Source of the DNA: Candidatus Dadabacteria bacterium CSP1-2
GTDB lineage: Bacteria > Desulfobacterota_D > UBA1144 > Nemesobacterales > CSP1-2
NCBI GenBank assembly: GCA_001443445.1
Contig: LDXN01000003.1
Coordinates: 14,173-78,172 of the forward strand
Direction: 5' to 3'
Length of the DNA: 64,000 bases
The notes below the pieces were generated by a model. The model was not told where the DNA came from. It did not search any database and saw only the letters and a program-made list of their open reading frames with translations. Below, piece after piece: positions 38,150 to 48,677 of this stretch. Numbering within the stretch: the first letter of the stretch is position 1; each line of letters begins with the position of its first letter. The position numbers and the translations under genes are program-made.

Positions 38150-38479
38150 ATGAAAAGAATAATGATAACAATAGCTGTAGTTCTTATAACCGCCGCCTTT
38201 ATTGTTGGCATGAGTACCAATTTATATGCTCAAAGTTCTCCTGAAACCATAATTGGCGATGTCACATATGTTGACTTGACGATGCTTAAGATTAACGAAG
38301 ATGTAACACAAACAGTATGCACCTTCTCAGCCTCACAGAATCAACTTAAAAACATACAGCCAGGATACAGAGTTGAGGTTAAAGCGATCAGCGGTAAAGT
38401 CTTGTCTATAACTGTATTAGGTATCCCTATGCAATCCAAATCTGAGCCATATCAAAAATGGAAGGTTCTAGTACCATAA
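38150..38479 (+). CDS. Secreted hypothetical protein
   Basis: SD AGGAGG; Sec signal peptide ending LYA. Confidence 0.75.
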   Translation: MKRIMITIAVVLITAAFIVGMSTNLYAQSSPETIIGDVTYVDLTMLKINEDVTQTVCTFSASQNQLKNIQPGYRVEVKAISGKVLSITVLGIPMQSKSEPYQKWKVLVP

Positions 38480-38525
38480 CCCGTTTTATTGATATAGTCC
38501 GAATATCAATTAGGAGAATTGCATA

Positions 38526-38732
38526 ATGTCTGATTTTATAAAAGATCTTTTGGGTGAGCTTATTGATGATTATGTAACCCAGATAGAGGGAGACATAAGG
38601 ATCGGGCTTCTAGATAATGAAGTAGTCATAGACCCTCTAATTAGTGCTACTGTGATAGAAAAAAAGAGCGGCAAAAAGGAGTTTCGGGTAAAAGATGTTG
38701 ACGCTCATGAATTAAAGATAAAGGAGCAATAG
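38526..38732 (+). CDS. Small hypothetical protein
   Basis: SD AGGAG; 68 aa. Confidence 0.55.
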   Translation: MSDFIKDLLGELIDDYVTQIEGDIRIGLLDNEVVIDPLISATVIEKKSGKKEFRVKDVDAHELKIKEQ

Positions 38733-38753
38733 TTTAAAAAGTTATGTTTTGTA

Positions 38754-39653
38754 TTACCTATTGTTTACAACCTGTTTTACTATTTCAGGACGGCTAATAG
38801 TTCCAATAATTTTACCTCCAAGGCTTCCATCCCTCTGGGTCGCCAAAAAAGCGCTTAAAAGCCCGGTTATAGTTCTACCTACATCCCTATCAGCCTTAAG
38901 ACTAACACTAAGGTCAATAGTCCCATGCTTTGTTATCTGCCAAAGAAGGGGCATTGTTCCAGAAAGGGTTAAGTCTATTTTACTTCCTTTGAATTTTAAC
39001 TCATCAACCTTTGTTACCCCCTTTTCAATATGGCTCTTAAAACTAGATTGCATCTTTCCAAAATCAGGAAGTGGAAAACCGCCAGCAATCTTTACACCTT
39101 TAACCATCAAATCGTTTATAGTTAGGTTTATATCCCCTTTTGGCTGAGAGCTAAATTCTAATGAAAAGTCTCCGTTTAATACCCCTTGAACCAATGAATT
39201 TTCACCGCCTAAGACCTCAGGGATTGCACTTATCTTTCCTATATCTATACCGTTCTCAATTTTTCCCTCAGCCTTAGTTATTTTATTATTTTTTAAATCG
39301 TAAAATAATGTTCCTTCGGCTCCCCCACCATAGAGATTTGCTTCAAAGGGAACCTTAAGCTTGTTAATAATAAGATAAAGGAGTGAAGGACTCCCACTCC
39401 ACTCATCAACAACAAGAAAAAGCTCTTTGTCCTTATAGAGGTTCACTCCATAGGCCGTAATACGAGTAATAGGAGAGATACTCACATTCTTTATTTCCAC
39501 CGTGAGTGGGGTTCTTTTTCCTATCTCATAAATCATCCGCTGCTTAACGGCCTCTTCAGGAAATGATGAGTAAAAAAACACTACAAAAACAGATATGAAA
39601 AATAGTGAATAACAAATAGGAATGAAATGTTTTGATTTTAATATTCTTTTCAC
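38754..39653 (-). CDS. gspN: Type II secretion protein N (deltaproteobacterial type)
   Basis: N-terminal TM then FP; beta-rich body; C-terminal GTISRP; follows gspLM. Confidence 0.75.
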   Translation of the reverse strand: MKRILKSKHFIPICYSLFFISVFVVFFYSSFPEEAVKQRMIYEIGKRTPLTVEIKNVSISPITRITAYGVNLYKDKELFLVVDEWSGSPSLLYLIINKLKVPFEANLYGGGAEGTLFYDLKNNKITKAEGKIENGIDIGKISAIPEVLGGENSLVQGVLNGDFSLEFSSQPKGDINLTINDLMVKGVKIAGGFPLPDFGKMQSSFKSHIEKGVTKVDELKFKGSKIDLTLSGTMPLLWQITKHGTIDLSVSLKADRDVGRTITGLLSAFLATQRDGSLGGKIIGTISRPEIVKQVVNNR

Positions 39654-40247
39654 TCAGAGTACCTTGTTTAACTTAAAAGTCGACACACGAAATGATACAT
39701 CCATCAAATCAGGGTTATCAAACCTTGTCTGAGGACGGAGCTTAGAAACCTTAAGAAAAGCAGTCGTTGTTTGGATCTTGTATAGAACATCTACCATTCT
39801 ATCAAGTGGAATCTTTTTAAGATCGACATCAACGCTCGTCTCATCATATAAATCCCCAGATGTGGATGTCCTAGACTTAATAGAGAAATTACCCCTGTCA
39901 ACACGTGACTCTACTAGGATTTTTTCAACCACAGAAATCAAGGATTCATCTCCAGTTTTAATACTTTTCGAAAGCTCCTCAATTCTACCTTTTGATTGTA
40001 TATACTCATTACGTAAGGAATCGAGCTTCTTGAGCTCTATCTGAAGAGCCTGGGCTTTCTTCTCAAGTCTTCCGGTACCAGATGAAAAGAATTGAAATAT
40101 TAGATAAAGAATAAGTACTGCAGCCCCTAAACCTGCATAGCCAACAGCCTTTCTATCCCTTTCAGAAGCTGCAATTCTCTGAATCCTTTCACGTACTTTG
40201 TTTACAAGTGTTTTTAGGTCCTCGAGTACAGCGTTTGTATCCATCAT
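39654..40247 (-). CDS. gspM: Type II secretion protein M-like
   Basis: ERDR + TM + coiled coil + ferredoxin-like C-terminal; operon context. Confidence 0.75.
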   Translation of the reverse strand: MMDTNAVLEDLKTLVNKVRERIQRIAASERDRKAVGYAGLGAAVLILYLIFQFFSSGTGRLEKKAQALQIELKKLDSLRNEYIQSKGRIEELSKSIKTGDESLISVVEKILVESRVDRGNFSIKSRTSTSGDLYDETSVDVDLKKIPLDRMVDVLYKIQTTTAFLKVSKLRPQTRFDNPDLMDVSFRVSTFKLNKVL

Positions 40248-41740
40248 TTAACGAGCAAAGTTAATTGAAACTTTATAGCGTTGTTTACAGCTGTATCAGT
40301 TGAGTCGCGAAGTACCTGTTTAAATAAACCAGAATCAGAAAGGGCTTTTTCAATCCTTGCGACCCCATCATACGAATCGCATTTTCCCCTCATCTTTACG
40401 GTGTTATTGTCAACAAAATTAATCTCATCTACACTCAACTGAGTACCAGTTGGTATGCTTCGAGATATCTCCCTTAAAACGTCAAGAGGTGTAGGACCTC
40501 CCCGAATTTCCTCAATTAATTTTAACTTTTCTTTTAGCTTCCCAACCTCACTCTCCATGAATGCCACGGGCTTTGGAATAACTTTAACGTTTGGAAACAT
40601 TTCCATTACTGCCATTCGGGTTTGAGCTTCTAATTTTCCTACATCCTCGCGCTTTTGAAAGTAACGTGCCCCAACATAGTAGAATAAAAAGACTATGAGG
40701 AGAGAAAAAAGTAGAGCCGGAATTAAAAATGCCCTTTTAAGCTCCTCATCCTTCCCTGTATATTTAAAATCTCCCTTCCTTAAATTCATGCTTCCTCTTG
40801 TCAAAGTGCTTCCATAAAGAGCAAGCGCGTAAGAATCAGCAAAAAGAAGAGAGTCCTCTTGACCCAGATCTGAAATATAAAGTCTTCTTACATCCTTTTT
40901 AAGCTCACCGCTAATAAAATCATTAATACCGGGCATATGTGCCGTACCACCCGAAAGTAGTATAGTTTTAATCTCCTTCTTTAACTCTAGCTCGAAGAAC
41001 TGAATGGTTCTCTTTATCTCTTCTAGAACGGGCGAAAATGCCTCCTTTATAACCTGATTGTCTGAATTACTAAATCCTTCTAGCTTACGTGATTCCGCAT
41101 CTTCATAGGATGTCCCACAGATCCTAGAAATGTTTTCTGTAATGAATTTTCCCGCCTTTGACGAAGAACGTATGCGCCTTACACCATCTTCATCAAATAG
41201 AGTAAAACACATCTTGGAAGCCCCGATATCTACTAAAACTAGAGGTCTATCCTCGTATATAAAACTATTTAGGGCACTATAGGCAAGCGGACCATAGGTT
41301 ACCACCTTAGGGTCAACCCCGCATGCTTGATAAACATCAAGCTGGTTTATCATGTCTTCCCTTTGAAACATGCACACAATCGCCTCACTTCCTTCTCCAC
41401 GTTTTATTATATGATAGCCGTGAATTTTGTCGCTTAGATTAAATGGAGAGATATTTTCTAGTTCGAATTCATAAACTTGATCTATCTTACTAGGGTCTGA
41501 AAAGGGAAAGTTGAGAACCCTAATAGAAACAGGGTTGTTTGGAAGCGATGATGCCATATCTCTCTTAGGAAGTAGATTATCTATGAATAACTCGTTAATA
41601 TTCCCAGATAACTGCTCCCTCGTACTCGGTGTTTTTAACTGAATCTTCTGTATTAATTTTGTATCTCTTAATCCCCTTGAGATGAGACAAATCTTAATAG
41701 TGTCGAACCCGAGATCCAACCCTACGAATCTTCCAAACAT
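40244..41740 (-). CDS. gspL: Type II secretion protein L / PilM-PilN-like fusion
   Basis: Actin-like motifs GLDLG, LVDIGA, LSGG; TM; PilN-like C-terminus. Confidence 0.8.
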   Translation of the reverse strand: MFGRFVGLDLGFDTIKICLISRGLRDTKLIQKIQLKTPSTREQLSGNINELFIDNLLPKRDMASSLPNNPVSIRVLNFPFSDPSKIDQVYEFELENISPFNLSDKIHGYHIIKRGEGSEAIVCMFQREDMINQLDVYQACGVDPKVVTYGPLAYSALNSFIYEDRPLVLVDIGASKMCFTLFDEDGVRRIRSSSKAGKFITENISRICGTSYEDAESRKLEGFSNSDNQVIKEAFSPVLEEIKRTIQFFELELKKEIKTILLSGGTAHMPGINDFISGELKKDVRRLYISDLGQEDSLLFADSYALALYGSTLTRGSMNLRKGDFKYTGKDEELKRAFLIPALLFSLLIVFLFYYVGARYFQKREDVGKLEAQTRMAVMEMFPNVKVIPKPVAFMESEVGKLKEKLKLIEEIRGGPTPLDVLREISRSIPTGTQLSVDEINFVDNNTVKMRGKCDSYDGVARIEKALSDSGLFKQVLRDSTDTAVNNAIKFQLTLLVK

Positions 41741-41863
41741 TTATTTACCTCTATTTACCTCTATATAATCCACATCATGTAATAGGCATTATAACTTAAG
41801 TAAAATACTTAAATTGGTGATATAAATTTAAAGTAAGTGACTTTTAAAGTCAAATGCTATTTT

Positions 41864-41928
41864 GCGAATCCTGATTCGGGTTTCGTGACGGAGTTCACAA
41901 TTCACGATTCACAAATCACGAACCACGG
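41864..41928. repeat. 7-bp-period inverted repeat (TCACGAA type)
   Basis: gcgaatcctgattcgggtttcgtga ... tcacaattcacgattcacaaatcacgaaccacg. Confidence 0.7.
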
Positions 41929-41933
41929 CTATT

Positions 41934-42725
41934 CTATACAGCCCTCATTAGGGTTACAACTTGAACACGAGATGCATCTGCTTCAAGAAGCACCCTTGTG
42001 CACTCATTAATAGTTGAACCTGAGGTAAATACATCGTCCACAAGAAGAATTGATTTCCCTTTAATATTCTCGATCTCCCTCAAAATGAAAGCGCCCTTTA
42101 CATTCCTTCTCTTTTCAATATCGCTTTTAATCTCGAACTGTGGCTTAGTATCCCTTATCCTCCTAAGCACATAGGGGTCAAAAGAAACCCTTAAATACTT
42201 AGCTACCTTCTCTGCTAGAACCAGAGATTGGTTATATTCCCTTTTCCTCAGTTTGTCTATGTAAAGAGGAACCGGGATTACAAGGTCTTGCATACCAAGA
42301 TCGTTAGGGAAATTATCTATTATAATATTTGATAATACCCCTCCGAGGTTTAACTTCCTCTGGTATTTAAATTTATGAAGAATCTCTTTTAATATTCCAT
42401 CATAGAAGGCAATAGAACGTGCACGCTCAAAATAGTATTCATCTTGAACGCATCTTCCACAAAGATGCTCCGGGATTGGAAATAAATGCACCCTCGAGGC
42501 ATCCACTATTGTATGCTCAGTTTCCTGGAAGACAGCATGCCCCAGATCAGCTAGACCTTGCGTATCTATGTCCCTTGCTATGTAACCAAAAGGCACACCA
42601 CAGTTTAAGCATATGGACCTATCCCTTATAAAGCTTATGTTTTTGAGACACCTATCACAGATTTTCTCATCAAATTCTATTGACTCACAAAAGGGACAGA
42701 GTTTAGGAAATACCAGGTCTAACAT
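41934..42725 (-). CDS. comF: ComF family amidophosphoribosyltransferase-like protein
   Basis: Four CxxC pairs, PVPL, R.YNQS, LVDDV.TSGST. Confidence 0.92.
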   Translation of the reverse strand: MLDLVFPKLCPFCESIEFDEKICDRCLKNISFIRDRSICLNCGVPFGYIARDIDTQGLADLGHAVFQETEHTIVDASRVHLFPIPEHLCGRCVQDEYYFERARSIAFYDGILKEILHKFKYQRKLNLGGVLSNIIIDNFPNDLGMQDLVIPVPLYIDKLRKREYNQSLVLAEKVAKYLRVSFDPYVLRRIRDTKPQFEIKSDIEKRRNVKGAFILREIENIKGKSILLVDDVFTSGSTINECTRVLLEADASRVQVVTLMRAV

Positions 42726-42809
42726 CTAATCCTATATAAGTCAGCAAAGATTGTTGATTATAGTGTTTCTTTTTACCTCTGGGTTCTGAAATATGTGTTA
42801 TCTACAGCC

Positions 42810-43910
42810 CTACACCCTCATTGGCATAATAACCGATATATATTCCTCATCGCCAATTGGTCTTATTATCACTGGGCTAAGTTCATCACTGATACCGAGC
42901 TGAACCAATTCACTAATAATAACCTCTAGAACATCTATGAGATAACGTGCATTGAATCCAAGCTCTATCGAATCTCCCTTATATTTGATCGGCACCACTT
43001 CCCTTGCCTCCCCTAGCTCGGGAGACACCGACACAAGTGTCATATTACCGTCATCTAAACTTATCTTAACCCCCTTTGTCCTTTCTGAAGAAATTATTGA
43101 AACCCGCCTCAGTGCGCTTAAAAAATCATCTCGTCTAACCTCTACGCTCCATTGCGTCGCCTCAGGAATCACCTGTTTATAATTAGGAAACTCTGCATCA
43201 ATTAACCTCACGTTTAATGTAATTCCATTTCCCTCTGCGATAAAATCGTTTTTCCCTATGCCAATGTTAATATTCTCAACTAGCTTTACCAATTTTCTTA
43301 ACTCTGTAACACCTTTTCTTGGAACAACGACACTTCTTTTAATCTTAACCTCCCCCTCGATTCGCTTATCGACCAGTGAAAGCCTATGTCCATCTGTGGC
43401 AACTAGTCTAAGCTCCTGTTTCCCCGTTTTCTCAAAATAAATCCCCGAAAGGTTTCTTCGCATATCATCAGGAGAAACTGCAAAAATGGTCTTTGCTATC
43501 ATATCATCAATTACTGCACTCTCGATGGGGAATAGATCATCCTGATGATTTTCTGGAAGTATTGGAAAATCCTCGGATGGCAATCCAGCAATCTTAAAGA
43601 TTGTGTTTTTTGACCTAAGCTCTGCCCAGTGATTACCTATCTCCTCTATCTCAATCTCTCCAAGAGGAACCTCTTTTAAAATCTCATATAACTTTCTTGC
43701 AGGTAGTGCTATACCACCCTCTTTTTTAATATCTGCATCAAATAAAGTGATCATAGCTGTCTCAAGGTCTGTGGCAGAAAGCTTTATTTTGTCAGACGTG
43801 GCTATTATTAAAACATGACTCAGTATAGGCATAGTAGCACGTCTTTCTGAAATTCCCTGTATGAGACCGAGTTTGTCGGAAAGTGTTAGAGTATTAATCT
43901 TAAATTTCAT
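42810..43910 (-). CDS. dnaN: DNA polymerase III beta clamp
   Basis: PILSHV, ATDLE, VATDGHRL, GFNARYL, VIMPMR. Confidence 0.98.
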   Translation of the reverse strand: MKFKINTLTLSDKLGLIQGISERRATMPILSHVLIIATSDKIKLSATDLETAMITLFDADIKKEGGIALPARKLYEILKEVPLGEIEIEEIGNHWAELRSKNTIFKIAGLPSEDFPILPENHQDDLFPIESAVIDDMIAKTIFAVSPDDMRRNLSGIYFEKTGKQELRLVATDGHRLSLVDKRIEGEVKIKRSVVVPRKGVTELRKLVKLVENINIGIGKNDFIAEGNGITLNVRLIDAEFPNYKQVIPEATQWSVEVRRDDFLSALRRVSIISSERTKGVKISLDDGNMTLVSVSPELGEAREVVPIKYKGDSIELGFNARYLIDVLEVIISELVQLGISDELSPVIIRPIGDEEYISVIMPMRV

Positions 43911-44122
43911 TTTTCCTACTCCTAATTATAATATTTATTTATATATATAGTAATAGTAGTAGTAGCTGTGAAATTGTGGAAAAGTTTAAGAAAGCCTTAA
44001 ATAGCGTTACCTTAATGGGTTGATAACTCTGTTGATAAACACATAAGCATATCCATACTTATCCACAAGCTTATTTGCCCACAATTTCTTTAACAGCTTT
44101 TCCCACAGGGTTATGAACAGTT
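43911..44122. other. Chromosomal replication origin oriC (unwinding region)
   Basis: AT-only tract 43923-43949; DnaA-trios TAG TAA TAG TAG TAG TAG 43948-43965; DnaA boxes including perfect TTATCCACA 44059-44067, TGTGGAAAA, TGTTGATAA, TTCCCACA. Confidence 0.9.
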
Positions 44123-45607
44123 CTATCTGCTCCTTATCAATGCTTCAATTTTTCTAACCACAGCATTAACAGCGTCTTTAAGTGAAGAATCCTCACCAAT
44201 CATAGCTTCGATTTTTCTTACAGCGTGTATTACAGTTGAGTGGTCTTTGCCACCGAATTTTTCTCCGATTTCTGGGAAAGAGGCTCCTGTGTATTTCCTT
44301 ATTAGGTACATTGCTATCTGTCTTGGTAGAGCAATATTCTTCGTTTTCCTTTCTGACTTTAAATCTTGTATTTTAACACCAAAAAAGTTGGCAACCTCTT
44401 TCTGAATAGACTCTATATTAAGGATAGATCTGGTTTGTTCCTTGATAATGTTTTTTAGAACCTCTTTGGCTAGATCTATGTTGATTTCTGTATTTAGTAG
44501 CTTCGCATAGGCACTGATATTTATGAGCGTTCCCTCTAGTTCTCTAATGTTTGATGTAATGTTAGTAGCCAGAAATATACCTACTTCGTTAGGTAGTACA
44601 ATCCCTTCAGTTTCGGCTTTTTTCTTAAGGATCGCTACCTTCGTCTCAGTTTCAGGTGGTTGTATATCAGCGATAAGCCCCCATTCAAACCTTGATCTAT
44701 AACGCTCTTCGAGGTAAGACATATCCTTTGGAGTCTTGTCACTAGTAAGCACTATCTGTTTTTTTGAATCGTATAAAGTATTGAATGTATGAAAAAACTC
44801 CTCCTGTGTGCTTTCTTTGCCGACGATAAATTGTATGTCATCGATAAGGAGCACATCGCATCCAAATCTATATCTGTTCCTGAACTCTTCCATCTTGTTA
44901 GATTTGATGCTATTAATCACCTGATTAGTAAAGTTTTCAGCTGAAATACTGCATACCCTAGCCAGTTGATGTGAATTTTTAAGTATATAATTGCCAATCG
45001 CATTGATTAAATGAGTCTTTCCGAGTCCGACACCACCGTGAATAAAAAGCGGGTTATAAGCTTCACCAGGTTTGCTTGCTACTGCAGTTGAAGCGGCATG
45101 AGCGAACTGGTTGCTAGCTCCAACGATAAATCGCTCGAAGGTGTAGTTTGGGTTAAGAAAACCTGTAAATAGACCCTCTTTATTTATTTCCCTTGATTTC
45201 TCTTCTTCAATATCTTCCTCGATTGAGGTAGGGCTGGCAGCAACAATCTTAATATCCAACTTCCTACCATGAACCTCTTCGATTGTTTTACTTATAAGAT
45301 CTAAATAGTGGTTATATATCCAGTCCCTTTCGAAGTTGTTTTTAGCCTTAAGGGTTAATAATTCATCTGTTTGTGATAAGGGTTTTAGGGAGTCAAACCA
45401 AAAGAACACCTGTGGATTTGCTCTCTTTTTTATTCTTTCGATTACTTCTTGCCATATGTCCTGCTGAGGAAACTCAGCCTTTTGGGTAGCTAGAGAGTAA
45501 TGGCTTACAGGGGTTACAAGAAGCCCTATTCCTCTCGATGGTTCTTCATCATTTTCATGTTTAAAAAGGGACTTAAGGTTTCGACCTAGCGTTAATTTCT
45601 TTGCCAA
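44123..45607 (-). CDS. dnaA: Chromosomal replication initiator; probable TTG start at 45607 (ORF open to 45637)
   Basis: LNPNYTF, YNPLFIHGGVGLGKTHL, LLIDDIQF, NIRELEG, GGKDHSTV. Confidence 0.98.
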   Translation of the reverse strand: MAKKLTLGRNLKSLFKHENDEEPSRGIGLLVTPVSHYSLATQKAEFPQQDIWQEVIERIKKRANPQVFFWFDSLKPLSQTDELLTLKAKNNFERDWIYNHYLDLISKTIEEVHGRKLDIKIVAASPTSIEEDIEEEKSREINKEGLFTGFLNPNYTFERFIVGASNQFAHAASTAVASKPGEAYNPLFIHGGVGLGKTHLINAIGNYILKNSHQLARVCSISAENFTNQVINSIKSNKMEEFRNRYRFGCDVLLIDDIQFIVGKESTQEEFFHTFNTLYDSKKQIVLTSDKTPKDMSYLEERYRSRFEWGLIADIQPPETETKVAILKKKAETEGIVLPNEVGIFLATNITSNIRELEGTLINISAYAKLLNTEINIDLAKEVLKNIIKEQTRSILNIESIQKEVANFFGVKIQDLKSERKTKNIALPRQIAMYLIRKYTGASFPEIGEKFGGKDHSTVIHAVRKIEAMIGEDSSLKDAVNAVVRKIEALIRSR

Positions 45608-45629
45608 AGCTCCTCCAAGAGCTAACAAC

Positions 45630-45662
45630 GTTTCCACAAGTTATCAACAGACTGTGGATAGA
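45630..45662. promoter_or_regulatory. DnaA boxes upstream of dnaA (autoregulation or bipartite origin)
   Basis: GTTTCCACA, TTATCAACA, TGTGGATAG. Confidence 0.7.
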
Positions 45663-46042
45663 TTGCTATGCAAAAATGGGATAACCTCAAACGTTTTTAA
45701 CAAGGATTAGTCACACATTTGAGGCAGTGATCAAATCCTAACAGAAAGAAAAAGCAGTTGTCAAGCATTTTTAAAAAGTTTAATGTTCACGATTAATTAG
45801 AGTTAGAATTGGGTTTCTAACGCTCAAAATAAAAATAGAAAGAGAGTTACATAGGGCGCTTCGTCCTTTATTTTCAGTATTCTACAGTGCTTTTTTGTTA
45901 TGATCAGTAAGTTTTTCAATTTGAATCTCAGGGGGCGTTAATTTAAAATGCTTAATGATTCGCTCTAAAGGCAGTAATGTAGTATTTAAATTTGGTCAAT
46001 CCACGAACATCGACTAAACAGCAAGGAGCGTAGTTTGCGATA

Positions 46043-48616
46043 ATGAAAGAAGCGTATAATCCACAAGAGATTGAGAGAAAATGGCAGTATGTTTGGAGTG
46101 AGAAAAGGGTCTATGAAGTAACTGAGGACCATAACGAGGAGAAATATTATGTCCTTGAGATGTTCCCATACCCCTCTGGCAGAATCCATATGGGGCATGT
46201 AAGAAACTATACAATTGGAGATGTTATAGCGCGGTATAAAAGGACATTGGGGTTTAATGTCCTCCATCCTATAGGATGGGATGCCTTTGGGCTTCCCGCA
46301 GAAAACGCTGCTATTGAGCGTGGGGTTCATCCTGCAAAGTGGACTTATGAAAATATTGCTCAAATGAAAGCGCAACTAAAGAGGCTTGGTTTTAGTTACG
46401 ACTGGAATAGGGAGATTACTACCTCTGACCCTAATTATTATAAATGGGAGCAGATGGCTTTTACACGGATGTTTGATTGCGGACTAGCTTACAAAAGGTC
46501 TTCAGTTGTCAATTGGTGCCCTTCATGTGAAACGGTTTTGGCAAACGAACAGGTAGTAGTATCTGGTGCTGTATTACCCGAACCGCAGTCTGGTTCGGGA
46601 GGTAATAAACAGTTTGCATCAGATGGAAATAAAGAGGCTGCAAGGTGTTGGAGGTGTCAATCCGAGGTTGAGTTGAGAGAGTTAGAGGGCTGGTTTTTTA
46701 AAATTACGGATTATGCAGAGCAACTCCTTGATGGATGCGAAAGGCTTAAAGATGGCTGGCCAGAAAGGGTTCTTACGATGCAAAAGAACTGGATAGGAAA
46801 AAGCACTGGCGCTGAAATTGATTTTCCCCTTGAGGAAACTATAGAGGGCGTGAGAAGTTTAAGGATTTTTACAACCCGCCCTGATACGGTTTTTGGAGTT
46901 ACCTTTATGTGCATTACACCGGAAAATCCAATTTCGGAGAGGATCGTAAAAGGAAAGCCACAAGAAAAAGAAGCAGTTCAGTTCATCCAAAGGATTAAAA
47001 GGCAAAGCAACATTGAAAGAGTAGGCGAAGGTGTAAAAAAGGAAGGTGTTTTTACAGGTGCCTACTGCGTAAACCCCTTTAGCGAGGAGCGTATACCGAT
47101 TTACATAGCAAATTTTGTGCTTATTTCGTATGGCACTGGGGTGATTATGTGTGTTCCAGCACATGACCAAAGGGACTTTGAGTTTGCAAAGGAATACGGC
47201 TTGCCCATAAAGGTCGTGATTCAGCCTGAAGGTGATGATGTAAATCCAGATGATATGAAATGTGCTTATGAAGATGTGGGTATCATGGTAAATTCAGGTG
47301 AATATTCTGGAACTCCCTCTGAGATCGGCAAACAAAAGATCATCGAGTATGTGGAGACTAAAGGGTTTGGTCGAAGGCAAATAAACTATAGGCTTAGAGA
47401 CTGGGGTATATCGCGTCAAAGATACTGGGGGGCACCTATTCCTATAATTTATTGCGATAGGTGCGGAACCTTAGCGGTTCCTGACAATTACCTACCAGTA
47501 GAGCTTCCGATGGATATTGAATTTACAGGAAAGGGAGGCTCTCCGCTTGCAAAGATAGAGAAATTTGTAAATACAAAGTGCCATAAGTGCGGTGGTGATG
47601 CAAGAAGAGAAACCGACACGATGGATACATTTGTAGAGTCATCTTGGTATTTCCTTAGATACACCTCTCCGGATTTTGAAAATGGTATGTTAGATGGTGC
47701 AAGGGGTAAATATTGGCTTCCTGTAGACCAGTATATAGGTGGTATAGAGCACGCAATTTTGCATCTGCTTTATGCCAGATTTTATACAAAGGTATTGAGA
47801 GACCTTGGGATGTGCAATCTTGACGAACCCTTCTTAAATCTCCTAACTCAGGGGATGGTAATTAAAGACGGTGCTAAGATGTCAAAGTCTCTCGGAAACA
47901 TTGTTGACCCTGACGATATAATAGCAAAATATGGAGCAGATACTGTTCGTATATTTATGCTTTTTGCCTCGCCAGTTGAGAGGGATCTCGACTGGAGCGA
48001 TGAGGGTATAGAGGGTTCATACAGATTTCTAAACCGGGTGTGGCGTTTTGCCTACGATTTCGGAATTCGGAATTCGGAATTCGGAATTAGAGAATCTTTT
48101 AATCCGCAATCCGCAATCCGCAATCCGCAATCAAAAGGTCTTCTTATTAAGGTACATAAGATGATTAAAAAGGTAACGGAAGACTTAGAAAGATTTCAAT
48201 TCAATACAGGGGTCGCAGCTATCATGGAGCTTCTAAACGCTGTATCTAGGTTTCAATCCAATGGCAATGATGAAAAAGCTGTACTCAGGGAGGCGATTGA
48301 AACTATTGTTCGTCTTCTTTATCCCTTCGCCCCGCATATAGCTGAAGAGCTATGGGAAGCCCTTGGCTATAAAGAAACCCTCGTTGATAAGCCTTGGATT
48401 GAGTGGGATAGAGAGATTGTAGGGAGCGCTGCGGTCATCGTAGTCCTCCAGGTGAATGGAAAGGTACGAAGTCAAGTTTTCATGGACCCCGATACAACAG
48501 AAGAGGAGATGAAACAGGCCGCTTTTTCAGATGAAAGAGTAAAAAGCTATATTTCTGGAAAAGAAATCAAAAAGGTTATTGTCGTTCCAAAAAGGCTTGT
48601 AAACATTGTTGTATAG
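46043..48616 (+). CDS. leuS: Leucine--tRNA ligase
   Basis: [35 protein letters not shown]. Confidence 0.98.
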   Translation: MKEAYNPQEIERKWQYVWSEKRVYEVTEDHNEEKYYVLEMFPYPSGRIHMGHVRNYTIGDVIARYKRTLGFNVLHPIGWDAFGLPAENAAIERGVHPAKWTYENIAQMKAQLKRLGFSYDWNREITTSDPNYYKWEQMAFTRMFDCGLAYKRSSVVNWCPSCETVLANEQVVVSGAVLPEPQSGSGGNKQFASDGNKEAARCWRCQSEVELRELEGWFFKITDYAEQLLDGCERLKDGWPERVLTMQKNWIGKSTGAEIDFPLEETIEGVRSLRIFTTRPDTVFGVTFMCITPENPISERIVKGKPQEKEAVQFIQRIKRQSNIERVGEGVKKEGVFTGAYCVNPFSEERIPIYIANFVLISYGTGVIMCVPAHDQRDFEFAKEYGLPIKVVIQPEGDDVNPDDMKCAYEDVGIMVNSGEYSGTPSEIGKQKIIEYVETKGFGRRQINYRLRDWGISRQRYWGAPIPIIYCDRCGTLAVPDNYLPVELPMDIEFTGKGGSPLAKIEKFVNTKCHKCGGDARRETDTMDTFVESSWYFLRYTSPDFENGMLDGARGKYWLPVDQYIGGIEHAILHLLYARFYTKVLRDLGMCNLDEPFLNLLTQGMVIKDGAKMSKSLGNIVDPDDIIAKYGADTVRIFMLFASPVERDLDWSDEGIEGSYRFLNRVWRFAYDFGIRNSEFGIRESFNPQSAIRNPQSKGLLIKVHKMIKKVTEDLERFQFNTGVAAIMELLNAVSRFQSNGNDEKAVLREAIETIVRLLYPFAPHIAEELWEALGYKETLVDKPWIEWDREIVGSAAVIVVLQVNGKVRSQVFMDPDTTEEEMKQAAFSDERVKSYISGKEIKKVIVVPKRLVNIVV

Positions 48617-48677
48617 CCATAAGAGTATTAATACAAAGTAAAACAGATTTTTACAAATAGGACTTAAGGTAGAATTG

